Positions 11,640 to 23,825 of a DNA stretch of 64,000 nt are shown piece by piece. The translations under genes and the position numbers were made by a program. The notes under the pieces are model-generated. The model did no database searches. It worked only from the letters and a program-made list of their open reading frames with translations, and had not been told where the DNA came from. How positions within the stretch are numbered: position 1 is the stretch's first letter; the number at the start of each line of letters is the position of its first letter. Source of the DNA: Azolla caroliniana (lineage: Eukaryota; Plantae; Polypodiophyta); assembly GCA_043228905.1 (NCBI GenBank), contig JBHGNT010000018.1:9858001-9922000 (forward strand), given 5' to 3'.

Positions 11640-14600
11640 GCAGACCATGGTTGCGCATAGCAAATATCAAACAACATTGGCAGCGCAACATGATCTCGTT
11701 TCGCCAAGAGGAAAGTCCAAGGTCCAGATCATAACCGAAGAACGCGTAACCATGCCCCACAACTCCTCGCCGTTATATGCGGAAGGGGTGCACATGCTCG
11801 ACGGATTAGCCGATGACGACGTGGAAGACTTCCTAGAAGACCATCCCTCCATCATACCTCTCTTCGAAATCGATGCCATGTCGGCCGTCGGCACACCTCT
11901 AGACGAGGAGGTCACGGTGAATACACCTACCCAGGATGAGCTCGATCCCAGCACCATTGTTGAATTACGACACGCTCGGGACGCTTTTGAACGTGAACTC
12001 GCCATCTCCCAACGAGTGAAGGCATCAACGCTCGAAACACCGAACCTCGGTTCGGACGAGACCCCTCAGACCCTACCGATTGCTAATAACTTACCAACCG
12101 GCGAACGAGCAGCCCTCATACACTTACTCACCGATTACTAGGATGTATTCGCATGGTGTTACACGGATATGAAGGGTTTGGACCCACAATACTACCAACA
12201 CCAGATCCACCTTCTCCCGGACGCTCGGCTGGTTCAGCAAAGACGATACCGGATGAACCCCAATTATGCGGCTAACGTCAAGGAAGAAATAGACAAGCTC
12301 CTCCGAGTAGGGTTCATACGACCGGTAAAATGCGTCACATGGTTAAGCCCAATCGTAGTCGTCCCCAAGAAAAACGGGAAAATCCGAGTCTATGTGGACT
12401 ACCGCAAGCTTAATGTTGCAACGGTCATGGATGGATTCCCTCTCCCGTTCACGGATAGTGTTCTCGACACAGTGGCAGGTCACGAATGCTACAACTTTCT
12501 AGACGGGTTCAGTGGGTACAACCAAATCAGAATGCACCCGAATGATCAGGAGAAAACAACATTTATCATGGAATGGGGTGTTTTCGTGGCAGAAGTCATG
12601 ATGTTCGGTTTAAAAACGGCGCCGGCCACGTTCCAACGCATCATCACCGAAATTTTTGATGAGTATATCCCGACGGTCATGCAAGTCTTTCTCGATGACT
12701 TCGCCGTATATGGTCAGCGATTGGAACACATGACCCAGTTACGTCTCTGTCTTGATCGATGTCGCCAGGCTCGGTTAAGTTTAAACCCGGAAAAATGTGC
12801 GTTCTTGGTCACAAGCAGCAACCTACTCAGACACATCGTCAGTCAAGAAGGTATCGCCATCGACCCGGATAAAGTACAAGCCATCCTAAAAGCCCCGACA
12901 CCCTCGAATGCAAAAGGCCCCAGCCGATTTCTGGGACAAATCAGATGGCACAACTGGATGATATGCCACGTGGCCGATTTCGCGACAACACTACACGCGG
13001 CGGTGCATCGACTCCCCTGTCAATGGACTTCAATCGAGGACGAGGATTACCAAGGATTGAAATTAATGCTATCGTATGCCCTAGTTGTACAACTCCCGAA
13101 CCTTTTCAGGTCTTTGTGGACACATCAGATATTGCCATCGGGAGCGCACTTATGCAATGCACGCCCCCAAATTGGTATCGACCCGTGTATTATGCTAGCC
13201 AACGTCTCTCGGCCGTGGAAAAGAACTATTCAACCACCAAACAGGAGGCCCTTAGTATGATCTACAACATCAGTAAACTTCAGCATTACCTCTTAGGCCG
13301 AAAATTCACCTTTCACGTCGATCACTTGACCCTCCTTTACTTGGTTAATAAACAAGCCCTGACAGGTCGATTGGCTCAATGGATGCTCCTATTACAAGAG
13401 TTTGATTTTCATATACAACATCGACCTGGAGTTCAACACGCCGTCACTGACTACCTAAGCCGCCTCAAGTCAGGAGACCCTACCGAGCCCACGTATGACG
13501 ATCTACCCGATGCCGGCTTATTTCATCTCGCAACGCTACCCGACGACAAAGAAGATGAATGGATCACAGAGATGACCCATTTCCTTAGTACTGGCTTGCC
13601 TCCCGACCACATGGCCCTCGATGTACAGAAACGACTCGCAGTACATAGCCGCAACTTTTGTCTAGTTTCTGACATCCTCTATCACAAAGGCTCGGACAGA
13701 ATATGGCGTCGGGCCATTCGACAATTCGAGAAGAAGGCCATCCTCCAAGAGGCCCGCCTCGGAATTGCCGGCGGACACTACGCCAGAGAGTCCATGGCAA
13801 GGAAAGTATGGCAGAGTGGGTTATGGTGGCCTACAACGAAAAAGGATGCCCACGAGTTCTGCCGACAATGCGACTTGTGCCAACGGTTGGGACAGCCGAT
13901 GGAACAAGCTCGAATGCCACACCAACCCATTCTTCCATTGGAACCATTTCAAAAATGGGGGTTAGATTTTGTGGGACCCTTCAAACCAGTTGCGGCCCGA
14001 ACCGGTAATAAGTATATCATCGTCGCCACGGACTACTGCAGAAAATGGGTCGAGACAAAGGCTTTACGAGACAACATGGCAACATCCATGGCCAAATTCC
14101 TGTACGAACATCTCTGGTGCCATTATGGATGTCCAATTGAGCTCGTTAGTGACCAAGGTGGGCATTTTATAAACCATATAATACGTGAGCTTACGAATCA
14201 CTACACAGTGGTACATAAGAAAAGCACACCATACTACCCGCAGGCAAACGGATTGGCAAAATCGACTAACAAAATTCTCCAAACAATCCTGAAGAAGATC
14301 GTCAACGAGAACCGCACCGATTGGGATGACAAGCTCTAGAGTGCATTGTGGGCTTATTGCATGACATTCAAAACGAGCATTCAATCCACCCCCTTTTGGA
14401 TGGCTTTTGGTCTAGAAGCCGTTATGCCCATCGAGTTCCAAGTCCCGAGTCTTCGAGTTCAAGTTAAAGCACGACTTCCCGAGGCCCAATCTAAACAATT
14501 GAGGCTGGAACAACTCCTCGAACTTGGCGAGGACCGAGTAGCGAACATGGCCCACCTTGATTAGCACCAACGCCAACGGAAAGCCTTTGTGGACCGACAT

Positions 14601-14894
14601 TGGAAGGGATTGGAACAAGAAGTGACCATAGGCAAACCGGTCCTCATTTTCCAGACGCGACTCGGTGCTATGTCAGGAAAGTTACGATTTTGATGGACCG
14701 GCCCCTTCTGGATTATTGACAAGTTTAACAGCACGTTCCAACTCGGCACCCTTGCTTGGGAAATAGTCAAAAGCTGGGTGAATGGATTCCGACTACGACC
14801 GTATCAGGGAAATACCCCAACCAACCCTTTCGCCGAGTCTCACGGCACGGACACGGACACGGCCACGAAGGATGCCACGCGTCCCCCTCGGTAA
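11640..14894 (+). pseudogene. Gypsy pol (RT, RNase H, integrase), degenerate
   Basis: WLSPIVVVPKKNG, DYRKLN, FLDGFSGYNQI, VFLDDF, HVDH, QKWGLDFVGP, SDQGGHF, YYPQANG; frameshift near 13090 and several stops. Confidence 0.92.
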
Positions 14895-15190
14895 GAATCC
14901 ACCAACATTCCAAAATAGACATTAGGTAGGATTAGGCATAGTTTTAGCAATTAGTTAGTTTCACCTACACCACCTACCACCTCACCCAAATCACATCAGG
15001 TTAGAGGCACACATTAGTCACTTTCACATTCACTTAAGTATTTAAAGGCACATGCACAACATCCAAGGCGAAGCACTAACTCCCTAGGACACGTGGCCAT
15101 AATATCCTATTATGGCATCCATGCCCAAGAATCTCCAGGCTCCTCTTCATGCACAAAACCCTAGGCGTTGTCATGAACACATGACCATTA

Positions 15191-15258
15191 TGGCGTCACC
15201 CGGACTTGAACCTCGAACCTTGTAATCCATACTTGAAAACCTCAACCATTAAGATAGC
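15191..15258 (-). promoter_or_regulatory. tRNA-like A/B-box cassette in the solo LTR
   Basis: TATCTTAATGGTT...GGTTCAAGTCC GGGTGACGCCA (ends in CCA). Confidence 0.6.
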
Positions 15259-15326
15259 TTATTGTTATATGAAACAATAAAAGCTACTTCTTATATTACA
15301 TTGATTATTGTAAAAACTCTTGATTA

Positions 15327-15390
15327 TTCTAGAATGTTCTAGAATGTCCTAGAGCATTCTACGTCTAGAACATTCTAGAACATTCTAGAA
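15327..15390. promoter_or_regulatory. Heat-shock-element-like nGAAn inverted-repeat array in the solo LTR
   Basis: TTCtaGAAtgTTCtaGAA and GAAcaTTCtaGAAcaTTCtaGAA just upstream of TATAAAT. Confidence 0.7.
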
Positions 15391-15872
15391 ATCTCTAAGC
15401 TATTCTATAGGAACCTATAAATAAGAGCATACATGTATTCTCAAATCAATTCGAATCAAGACCAGTCTTTAGCTCTCATTACATATCTTGTATCCATTCT
15501 CTTTCTTTCTCTATCTTATACATCCATTCTTCTCTTAGTATTTGGTTCCTTTCTTCTCATGTTCTCTAATATCCTTCTTCGATCACTCTATCTTTTATCC
15601 TTGGTTCTGACAGGCGTTCGCTAAAAAATAGTTACCCCAAGCCCACTCCACCCACAGACGTTTGCTTGCACACCCAACATTCATCGATCCCACACTCTCA
15701 AGCTTCCTCTCGCTCTCAGCGCGTTCATCGCTCCCACCGCTCTTGCTCACAAGCCCTCTCTTGCCCTCGTAGCCCCGCTGCCACACCACAACCATCTCCT
15801 TCCCTCACTTTGTCTTGGCCTGGTCGAATCCTCCTTCCCCAATCTTCCACACAGCAGAACCACGAGTCTAGT

Positions 15873-16330
15873 ATGCCTCTTGCAACTTCACAGGAAACCC
15901 GCTCCTAGCTTCAGGAACGAGGCTTGGGTGGTTATTTAAAGGTGTTCGATGCCCCTGTGCACCCTGATGCCCAAGCGGTCGCACGAAGAATCCACCCGGA
16001 CATAGTCACAAACAATATGATTTGTGCTGCCTTGGACCTAAAATGAGGAGGTGATCATGAGGTCGAGATTCCCCCTTCCACGAACTTGAAGGAATACTTT
16101 GGTGCGTATTCCATATCTGGTAAAGCCTACCGCACCTACGGTGGATCCAACAAGGCATTTGGGGAACTCACTCACATCCTGATGGAGTGCACGTTCATGC
16201 ATACCAACTCTACCAGTATGCCACAGAGCAAAGCGGCGATCATTATCAGTGATTACGAGGGAAACAAAATCGACTAGCCAATCATCACAGGTGAAGGAAT
16301 TCGTGAGGTGCTTCAATCCTTCCAAACCGG
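15873..16330 (+). pseudogene. N-terminal part of the family F extra ORF
   Basis: MPLATSQET...SMPQSKAAIIIS.YEGNKID*PIITGEGIREVLQSFQT; continues in frame at 25459 once the nested element is removed. Confidence 0.75.
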
Positions 16331-16789
16331 TGTCGTGAAAATCCGTCACTATGTGCGGATCGTGAGGCGGAACCGCCGGGGTTCTGGACTAGACGGATTT
16401 AGTGCAACACGTACAACACAAGCAAGTTTTAAGCATAAGACAAGTGGGAGAGACAAATCATTTGTTTATTGCAAAAGAAAATCGATTCTTTATAATTTCA
16501 GAATCGTGTTACAATGGGTTGGGTATGGAAATGAGAGATTAGTTTTTCAAAGAAAGGAGCCAACAACCATGCAAGGAGTGGTCTGATCTGAATACGAGAG
16601 ATAATTTTTTACAAGAAAGCTCAAGTAAACAAAGCTAAGAGTTTGATATCAATATGTGAGATCATTCTCTTCTCGAATTCGAGAGGGAAGAAGAAAGAAG
16701 GGGGGGAAAAAAACAAGACGGGAAAAAAACTAGGAGGGAAAAAAATGGGACATATATCGAGCTCCCTGTTGATCCTCCTCCCCAACTTT

Positions 16790-17800
16790 ACTTTGCATGC
16801 CCACTTTTAGTCGGAAGGCCTCTATTTTTAGTTGCATGGCCTTTGCTTTTAGTCGCATGCTTCCATTTTTAGATGCATGCCTTTTTACTTTTAGTTGCAT
16901 GGCCTTGGCTTTTGGTTGCATGCGATTGTCCGTATAATTCGGCCAAATGACACAATCATCCATAAAGTTTAGCCCGTGCGCAATCCGTACGTGCGTCGCA
17001 ACCAAACTGTAGACGCGTCAGCGCGCAAAAGTCTCGACCACGTAGTAGTGTACGCATCCACGCATGCGCACGTCCTGACCGCGCCGTAGTGTACGCATCC
17101 ACACGCGTGTGCGTACAACCCGCACCGTATACGCATCCGCTCACAAAAGTCTCATCCGCGCCATAGTGTACGCATCCACGCATGCGCGCGTGCCCAAGGC
17201 CTCTATTTTTAGTTGCATGGCCTTTGCTTTTAGTCGCATGCTTCCATTTTTAGATGCATGCCTTTTTACTTTTAGTTGCATGGCCTTGGCTTTTGGTTGC
17301 ATGTGATTGTCCGTATAATTCGGCCAAATGACACAAACATCCATAAAGTTTAGCCCGTGCGCAATCCGTACGTGCGTCACAACCAAACTGTAGACGCGCC
17401 AACACGCAAAAGTCTCGACCACGTAGTAGTGTACGCATCCACGCATGCGCACGTCCTAACCACGCCATAGTGTACGCATCCACACGCGCGTGCGTACAAC
17501 CCGCACCGTATACGCATTTGCGCACAAAAGTCTCGTCTGCGCCATAGTGTACGCATCCAAGCATGCGCGCGTGCCCACACACGTGTCCGCGCCACACATA
17601 CACGTCCGTCCGAAACGTCCACGCATGCGCGCGTGCACACACACGCGTCCGCACATACGTGTCCGTCCGAAACGTCCATGCGTACGCCCAAAATTTGCAC
17701 ACGCACATACATCCGAAGATGACCATGTGCGCGTACTTCCAATAACGTCCACGCGGCCATGTAGGCATGCATACACCCGAAGCATGCACACCACATAGTG
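16790..17800. repeat. CpG/CATG-rich alternating purine-pyrimidine repeats in the G LTR, with a ~380-bp tandem duplication
   Basis: Recurrent GTGTACGCATCCACGCATGCGC units; ~16817-17195 is repeated at ~17198-17575; counterpart at ~24310-25140. Confidence 0.85.
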
Positions 17801-18169
17801 TAGCCCAAGTCACCTTGAACATCCTATGCTCCACACATTGATAGAATGAATATGTTTTGGTTTCCCTTATATATTCTGGGTTCCAATGTTGTCCTATCTA
17901 TGTGGGATATCTCACAATTTTGTCTTTTCTTTTCTTTTCTTCAAACTTCACACTCACATAACTTGATACTTGTTTATCCGTTTTATGCGTAGTAAAATAC
18001 GCTATGAAGCTCTTTAACACATCTATCTTTCTATATCCATATATTAAGCTAATCGTAAATAATTATTTTACTAGTTTTCATATCGTGTGTGGAAACCCAC
18101 ACGGCATTCACCCTCACCAAACCTGCACATCCACCGGTATGTGCCAATTGTGGTGAGGTTCCTCTTTTT

Positions 18170-21100
18170 TAATTACTCTTCTTCAACCTCGATGTTCAAG
18201 GATACATCATCTAGATCTTCGATCTCAAGATTTGGGGCTTCTCTTCTCTTAAAGATCTTGATCCTCTTCCCTGCTATCAGCAAAGCAAGTCGAGTTCCAT
18301 CCAACTCCGCTAAAAAATAGGTTGCATTGCTTTCTACTTTCTTGACCATATACGGGCCAAACCATCGTTTTGCGAACTTTCAAGCAATGCTATATTGATT
18401 ATCGAGACTACTATCATAGAAAAGAACCCAATCTCCTTCAATTTTTCTTTGTCGAAGACGATGCTTTCTATCAAAATTCTCCTTGTTCTTCAATCGAGCT
18501 TGGCGCAACCGTTCTATTGCCAACTCGACATCTTCGGGCCTTCGTTCTAATTGTTGAATCCTCGTGGCTAGGAAGTCTTCTCGACTCATTTCCTCTTGCC
18601 ATGGCAAAGACGTCCACAAACCAACACTTTGCTCAATAGGCATTATTGGTTTTTGTCCTAATATGAGTTCGGCGGGCATATATCCCGTAGTCGTGCTATG
18701 TGTAGTTCTATCTGCCCATAATGCATAAGGTAGTAATCGTGGCCAATTTCCCATCTTGCCGTCGCAAGCCTTTGCTAGAGCTTTTACAATTGGACTATGT
18801 CCTCGTTCCACCTTCCCATTTGTGTTCGGGTTGTATGCCATGGTGAGCGATAATTTGACGCCTATTCTTGAAAAGAACTCTTTAGCTTCATTTGCATCTA
18901 ATTCTCCTCTATTGGCCACTATTTTGCCGACACATCCGTATTGACAAATAACATCTTCAAGGAGAAACCTACAAACCGCCGAAGTTGTTTTATTCCTTAG
19001 CGCCCGTCCTTCTACTTGGTTGGTGAGATCCTGTCTTGCTAGCACGAGATATTTCAATTGCCCCAATCCCATTGGCATAACCACTATGTCTACCAACCAC
19101 TTATAATGCATTGATAATGGATATGTCGGATGAAGTTCATCCCTATGTTGAATATTCGAGTATAATTGGCATTGCTCACATGTTTCAACATAGCTTGCTA
19201 CATCTTTGTAAACACCCGGCCACCAATACTTCTCCTTGAGCTTTGCAAATGTTGCCCATATACCACGATGACCTGCCCACACACTATCATGAAATTCAAC
19301 AATTAGTGTTTGTTGATCCTATTTCTTGCACACCACTCGAAGTGGAGATCCATTCTTTTTCTTCGGAAACTTCTATAGATGTCCTTCTTTGAGGAAGAAC
19401 TTGTAGGCCTTCTTCCTAATTCGGTAGAAGTCTTCCTTTGACCATGATTCATCTTTTGTAAGAGAGCTTAAGTATTTGCCAATTTCGATGAATTCACCCT
19501 CATAATCTTCTACTTTGAACACTGCTAGCACCCGAGCACAAGAAACCGTAAAGAAGTTTAGGCCAACATCCTCTTTGTCGGAGTGCAAATCTTCTTCATC
19601 CTCATACCTCGCCCTTGACAACATATCGGCCACCACATTATGCTTTCCATTTATATGTCGAATCTCGGGGTTGAGGGACTTGATATAGGCAATCCATCGC
19701 AGCATAGCAATATCCGGTGTAGCACAACCGGATATCATTCCGAGAATAGGTAGACAGTCGGTTTCGATTATGACCTCTGTTCCTATAAGGTAGTCATGGT
19801 CGGTTTTAACCGCAGATACTATTCCCCATAGCTCTCTCTTTACTTGAGCATACTTCATTTGTCTTTCGGTTAACACCTTCGCACCAAATCGGATTGCATA
19901 CCGATTCTTTTCTTTGTCTTCTTGGTTTATCACCCATCTAATTCTGGTTGGTCTCGTATCCACCGTCACATATATCGGGGTACCATCGGTGTAGTCGGCT
20001 TTGCGCAGTGCTGGAGCTTCCAATAATAGTTTCTTTAGCTTTTGAATTGCGTAGGTATGCTCATCTTCCCATTCGAACTTCTTCCTTTTCTTTAATAGTC
20101 CATACAATGGTTCAGCGACATGGGCATAATGTGGAATCCATATGTGATAGAATGCACATGCTCCCAAGAATCTACGCACCTCCGTTTGAGACACACATTC
20201 TTCTTTCATCTCTTGAATAGCGTTCACCTTGGATGGAGATGGTTTCCGGCCATAAGACCCACATAAGTGTCCTACTACCAATATTTCTAGTTGACCGAAT
20301 GTAGACTTCTCTCCCGAAAGCGTGAGATTCGCATCCTCAAGCTTTTGCAACACCTTCTCGCTATCCTTTATATGATCGATGACGAATCTTCGACAACCAT
20401 CTTCATCTTTCGATTCATTTTTCGATTCATCTTTCGATTCATCTTTCTCTTCCATCAAGCATCCTTTGATTGGAATGTCATCTAAGAAGGGCATTGTGAT
20501 ATCGGGGATGCAATCCCTCAACACTTTATTCATGGCATTCACCATGTGGGCTACGGAATTTGTTGCACCTTGGGGTAAGGTGCACATCCTTACCAACCTG
20601 ATCGACGTCCTCATTGTCGTTATGTCTCTACTATCGACGGCCAATTGAAATTGACCATAGCCCGAGTAGAGATCTCCAATGGAATAGATCGATCTTCCCG
20701 CGAAGGCTTTGGCAAATTCATCCACGCTTGGACCAATTCCGGCATTTCGGATCATCACCTTGTTGACGGGTTGGAGATCTTGTATAAAGCGTAAGGACCC
20801 ATTCTTCTTCGGCACTGTAAACCATCTATTAGAGTAGGGAGCATTGGATGGCTCAAGAATTCCCATCCTAACCTTCTCCTTTAGAAGCTCAATCAACTTT
20901 GGAATGTGAGCTCTTGGAACCGGTATCAGCTTGAGGTTCCAAGGTACATGTGGCACCGTAAAAATCACCATCGGTTCTATCATCTTCGGGTCAGCACATC
21001 CGATCTCTTGTGGAGAGAAGGCAAAGGCTTTCCCATGTCTCTCAAGCATTCCGCGGAACATTCTCTCCTCTTCGGGGAGAAGGAAAGCTTCCCTTCCAAC

Positions 21101-21652
21101 TTGTAGCTTTCCTTTCATCTCTTTGGTGAAGACATGACCTATTTCCTTTGGATCCCTTAAGCTCGGATCATTGGCAACTTCTTTCATCTTCTGCCAGCTA
21201 TCTTCTGGTAGCGGAACCGCAACTGGCTTGATCTTCTTATCCACCATTTTATATTTTGTGTTGACTTCAGCTTCCTCCATCAAGATGCCTCGATGATATT
21301 CATCGATGATAGCGTACATGTTGACGGAGTTAACCAAAATCACATTTTGATCGTGAGGGTAGCTCAAGTCCACGACTTCCTCGATTTCACCGATGGTATC
21401 GTTAAATGAGGCTTCCTCTAGAATATGAGACACGAATTCTTCTTCTTCGATTATGCTTTCTTCTTTCAACATCTTCTCGAAGTCTTGTATCTTATGTTTG
21501 TCCTTCTTGTTGAGTACTATTAGTTTACATGCGCCACTAGGTGTCACACATGTTGCTTCTCCTTGCGATCCACTTATTTCGCTTCCTTGTGGGGACTTAT
21601 GATTGCTTGGACTATTTGTGCCCCACGCTTCAATAGTCCGCTCTAAAAATCC
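18170..21652 (-). pseudogene. Family G RT-RNase H-integrase ORF (degenerate), in the -1 frame
   Basis: PYSNRWFTVPKKNGSLRFIQDLQPVN, FLDDIPI, ETDC, GHRG...CEQC, NGKVERGH; 3' end approximate. Confidence 0.9.
21589..21652 (-). promoter_or_regulatory. Putative -1 ribosomal frameshift signal: slippery G GAU UUU, 6-nt spacer, H-type pseudoknot
   Basis: GGATTTT-TAGAGC-GGACTATT..GTGGGG..AATAGTCC..CCCCAC; the -1 frame is open into pol. Confidence 0.8.
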
Positions 21653-23825
21653 GAGGATTCGCCTCCAAGGCTATCTTGGTTCCTTTCGTGATTAGCCGCA
21701 CCGTAAGGAATTGAACAGATCTTTGATTGTCAAGGCTCTTGACTCGCGCGAAGGCCGCTCCGTTATCGAACACCTTAGTCTCCATCCGGGACGATGTGAT
21801 ATATGGTTGTCCTAGGATGACGGGATGTGAAGCCGAGTCTTGCACGAAGAAGTGTTGATCCATCTCCACATCTCTGATCGTGACTTTAACATTGGGGCAA
21901 GCTTCGTACAGGTCTTCCGTGGCTTTCGTTGCCGCTCGTATCTTCCATCCGTGGTTTGTGTTGATCGGCCATCTTCCTTTCTTGTAGAATTCGGTCGACA
22001 TGAGGTTGATCTCCGAACCATGGTCAATCAAGGCTACCACAGTCTCCTTCTTCTCTCCGATCTTCAACGGCGTCTCCGTTGTCGCTCTTGCCCAATGCGG
22101 CCGAGAGTAATGACTGTCCGCGATCACTTCTTCTTCCTCCTCCTCTACGGATCTTGCCATGGTTATGGCACTTGTTTTCACCTCTTCTTCATCTGATTGT
22201 TGCCGCTTTCGCTTAATCAAGTCCACGATAGTATCGTGGAACTCCTTCTTAGCGATCCCAAGTAGCTCTCTCAAAGTAAGGACGACATGACTGTCTAAAA
22301 CCTTCTCCTCAAGGACCTTCCACAAGTTGGTTGTTTGTTCTATGTCTGACCTTAGCTTGTAAGTCGGCGCCACTCGTTCCTTTCCTTTCTTCACAGATTC
22401 ATCGACTTCCATCCGAGAAGGTTGGCTCGATCCACCAGGCTTCATGCTTGTTTCTCCTATCTCTTTTCATGGCGTAGTTTGGGCTTGTCCTTCTTTCCCT
22501 ACATTCCTTGTATTCTGACGCTTTGAGGTGCCATCTTCTTCACCGGTTCTTTTCCTCTTCTCTTCGACAAGAGCCTCATAGTTGTCGCACACAACCTCCG
22601 CAAAGCTTGTGTTATCGTCGACTGGATCCGACCATCCGGTTACTCATTGCACATTCCGATCAACATGTTTGAGATCCTCCAAATCTATTTTTCCTTTCTT
22701 TTGACACTCGAGTACCGTTGGCCAAAACCCAATTCCCGGCTTGATCGTCTTTAGATTCTCTCTTCCGACTCGTATTCCCGCCGATGCAGCGTAGTGCATG
22801 GCTTCCACATGCCTTGCATCTTCCTCTTCCACGATCTTTTTCAGCCTGCCTCTTCCGAAGTTCACTCGTAGCGGCTTTCAGGTCTCGCTCAAGTGAATCA
22901 TGTTGCCATCCAAATAGACGACATTCTTATGAATCGCGTCTTGCAAGTCAGTGCACTCCCTTCGTGAGTGCTCGAAGCTGTCGCACCACACACATCTATA
23001 TGCTTCTTTTCCCTTTGGCCCGCGTCGACCTAAGTTGGCCAACGATACCGCTTCAAACTTCTTGGAGAGCTCTTCAATTATAGATTCATCCATCGCTTTC
23101 TTGTCGAAATTGTTGATTGGCTTGTTAGACTCAATCATCACAGGTGCATTGCTCCTCCACGATTGTGGATTCTCCATATCAGTTTGCTCTTGCCATTGTC
23201 GACGCTTATCAAGATGGCTACAAGCCTTCTTCACCGCCGCCCAGTCCGCCACCAAGCCATTTGGTTGTGTTTCATCCTCCAAAAAGTTACCCAATTCACG
23301 CCGATCTTTGGCATCCACTGCCTTCAGGAATAGTAGGACTTTATCTCCATCCAGAACTCGTTGATCAACACTCGGAAGTCGGTTATACTTCTGGTCGAAT
23401 TCGGCATATACTCCAGACGCACACATATTCTTCCCTTTCTTCTCGATCCAACACATTAGCATATGTCGAGTCATCCGTGATGCATCTTCAAGCATGTATT
23501 CGGCGAGAAGCGCCTTTTTGAACTCCGCCCAAGTTGCATGCTCGCTTTGGATCTCCATGATGCGCTCGCGGATCTGTGGTTCCACCACATGTTTGAAGCT
23601 AGAAATTTGTTTGAGATCGTTGACATCCCTTTGTTGCATCTCGTTCCGATAGGTAGCAAGAAGATCCGTGATGTCCTTGCCACCAAATCGTCCAGCTATC
23701 TCGACCGTACGATCAACAACTTTGTCGATTAAAGCTTCTCGATCTCTCACCTTCAACATGTATTCCACTATGGACACCATACCTTTCGTTAATTCCTCTC
23801 CTTGAGTTCCGCTTGTTGAAGCCAT
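21643..23825 (-). pseudogene. Family G Gag-protease ORF (degenerate)
   Basis: CVWCDSFEHSRREC knuckle, ALIDHGSEINLM and VILGQPY protease motifs, ends ...SSDF*. Confidence 0.85.

Larger units (their letters stand above)
15169..15612 (+). mobile_element. Solo LTR, structurally similar to the Tcn1-like LTR at 28732-29223
   Basis: TGTCA...TGACA flanked by perfect 5-bp TSD GGCGT (15164-15168 and 15613-15617); TATA box near 15416. Confidence 0.9.
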
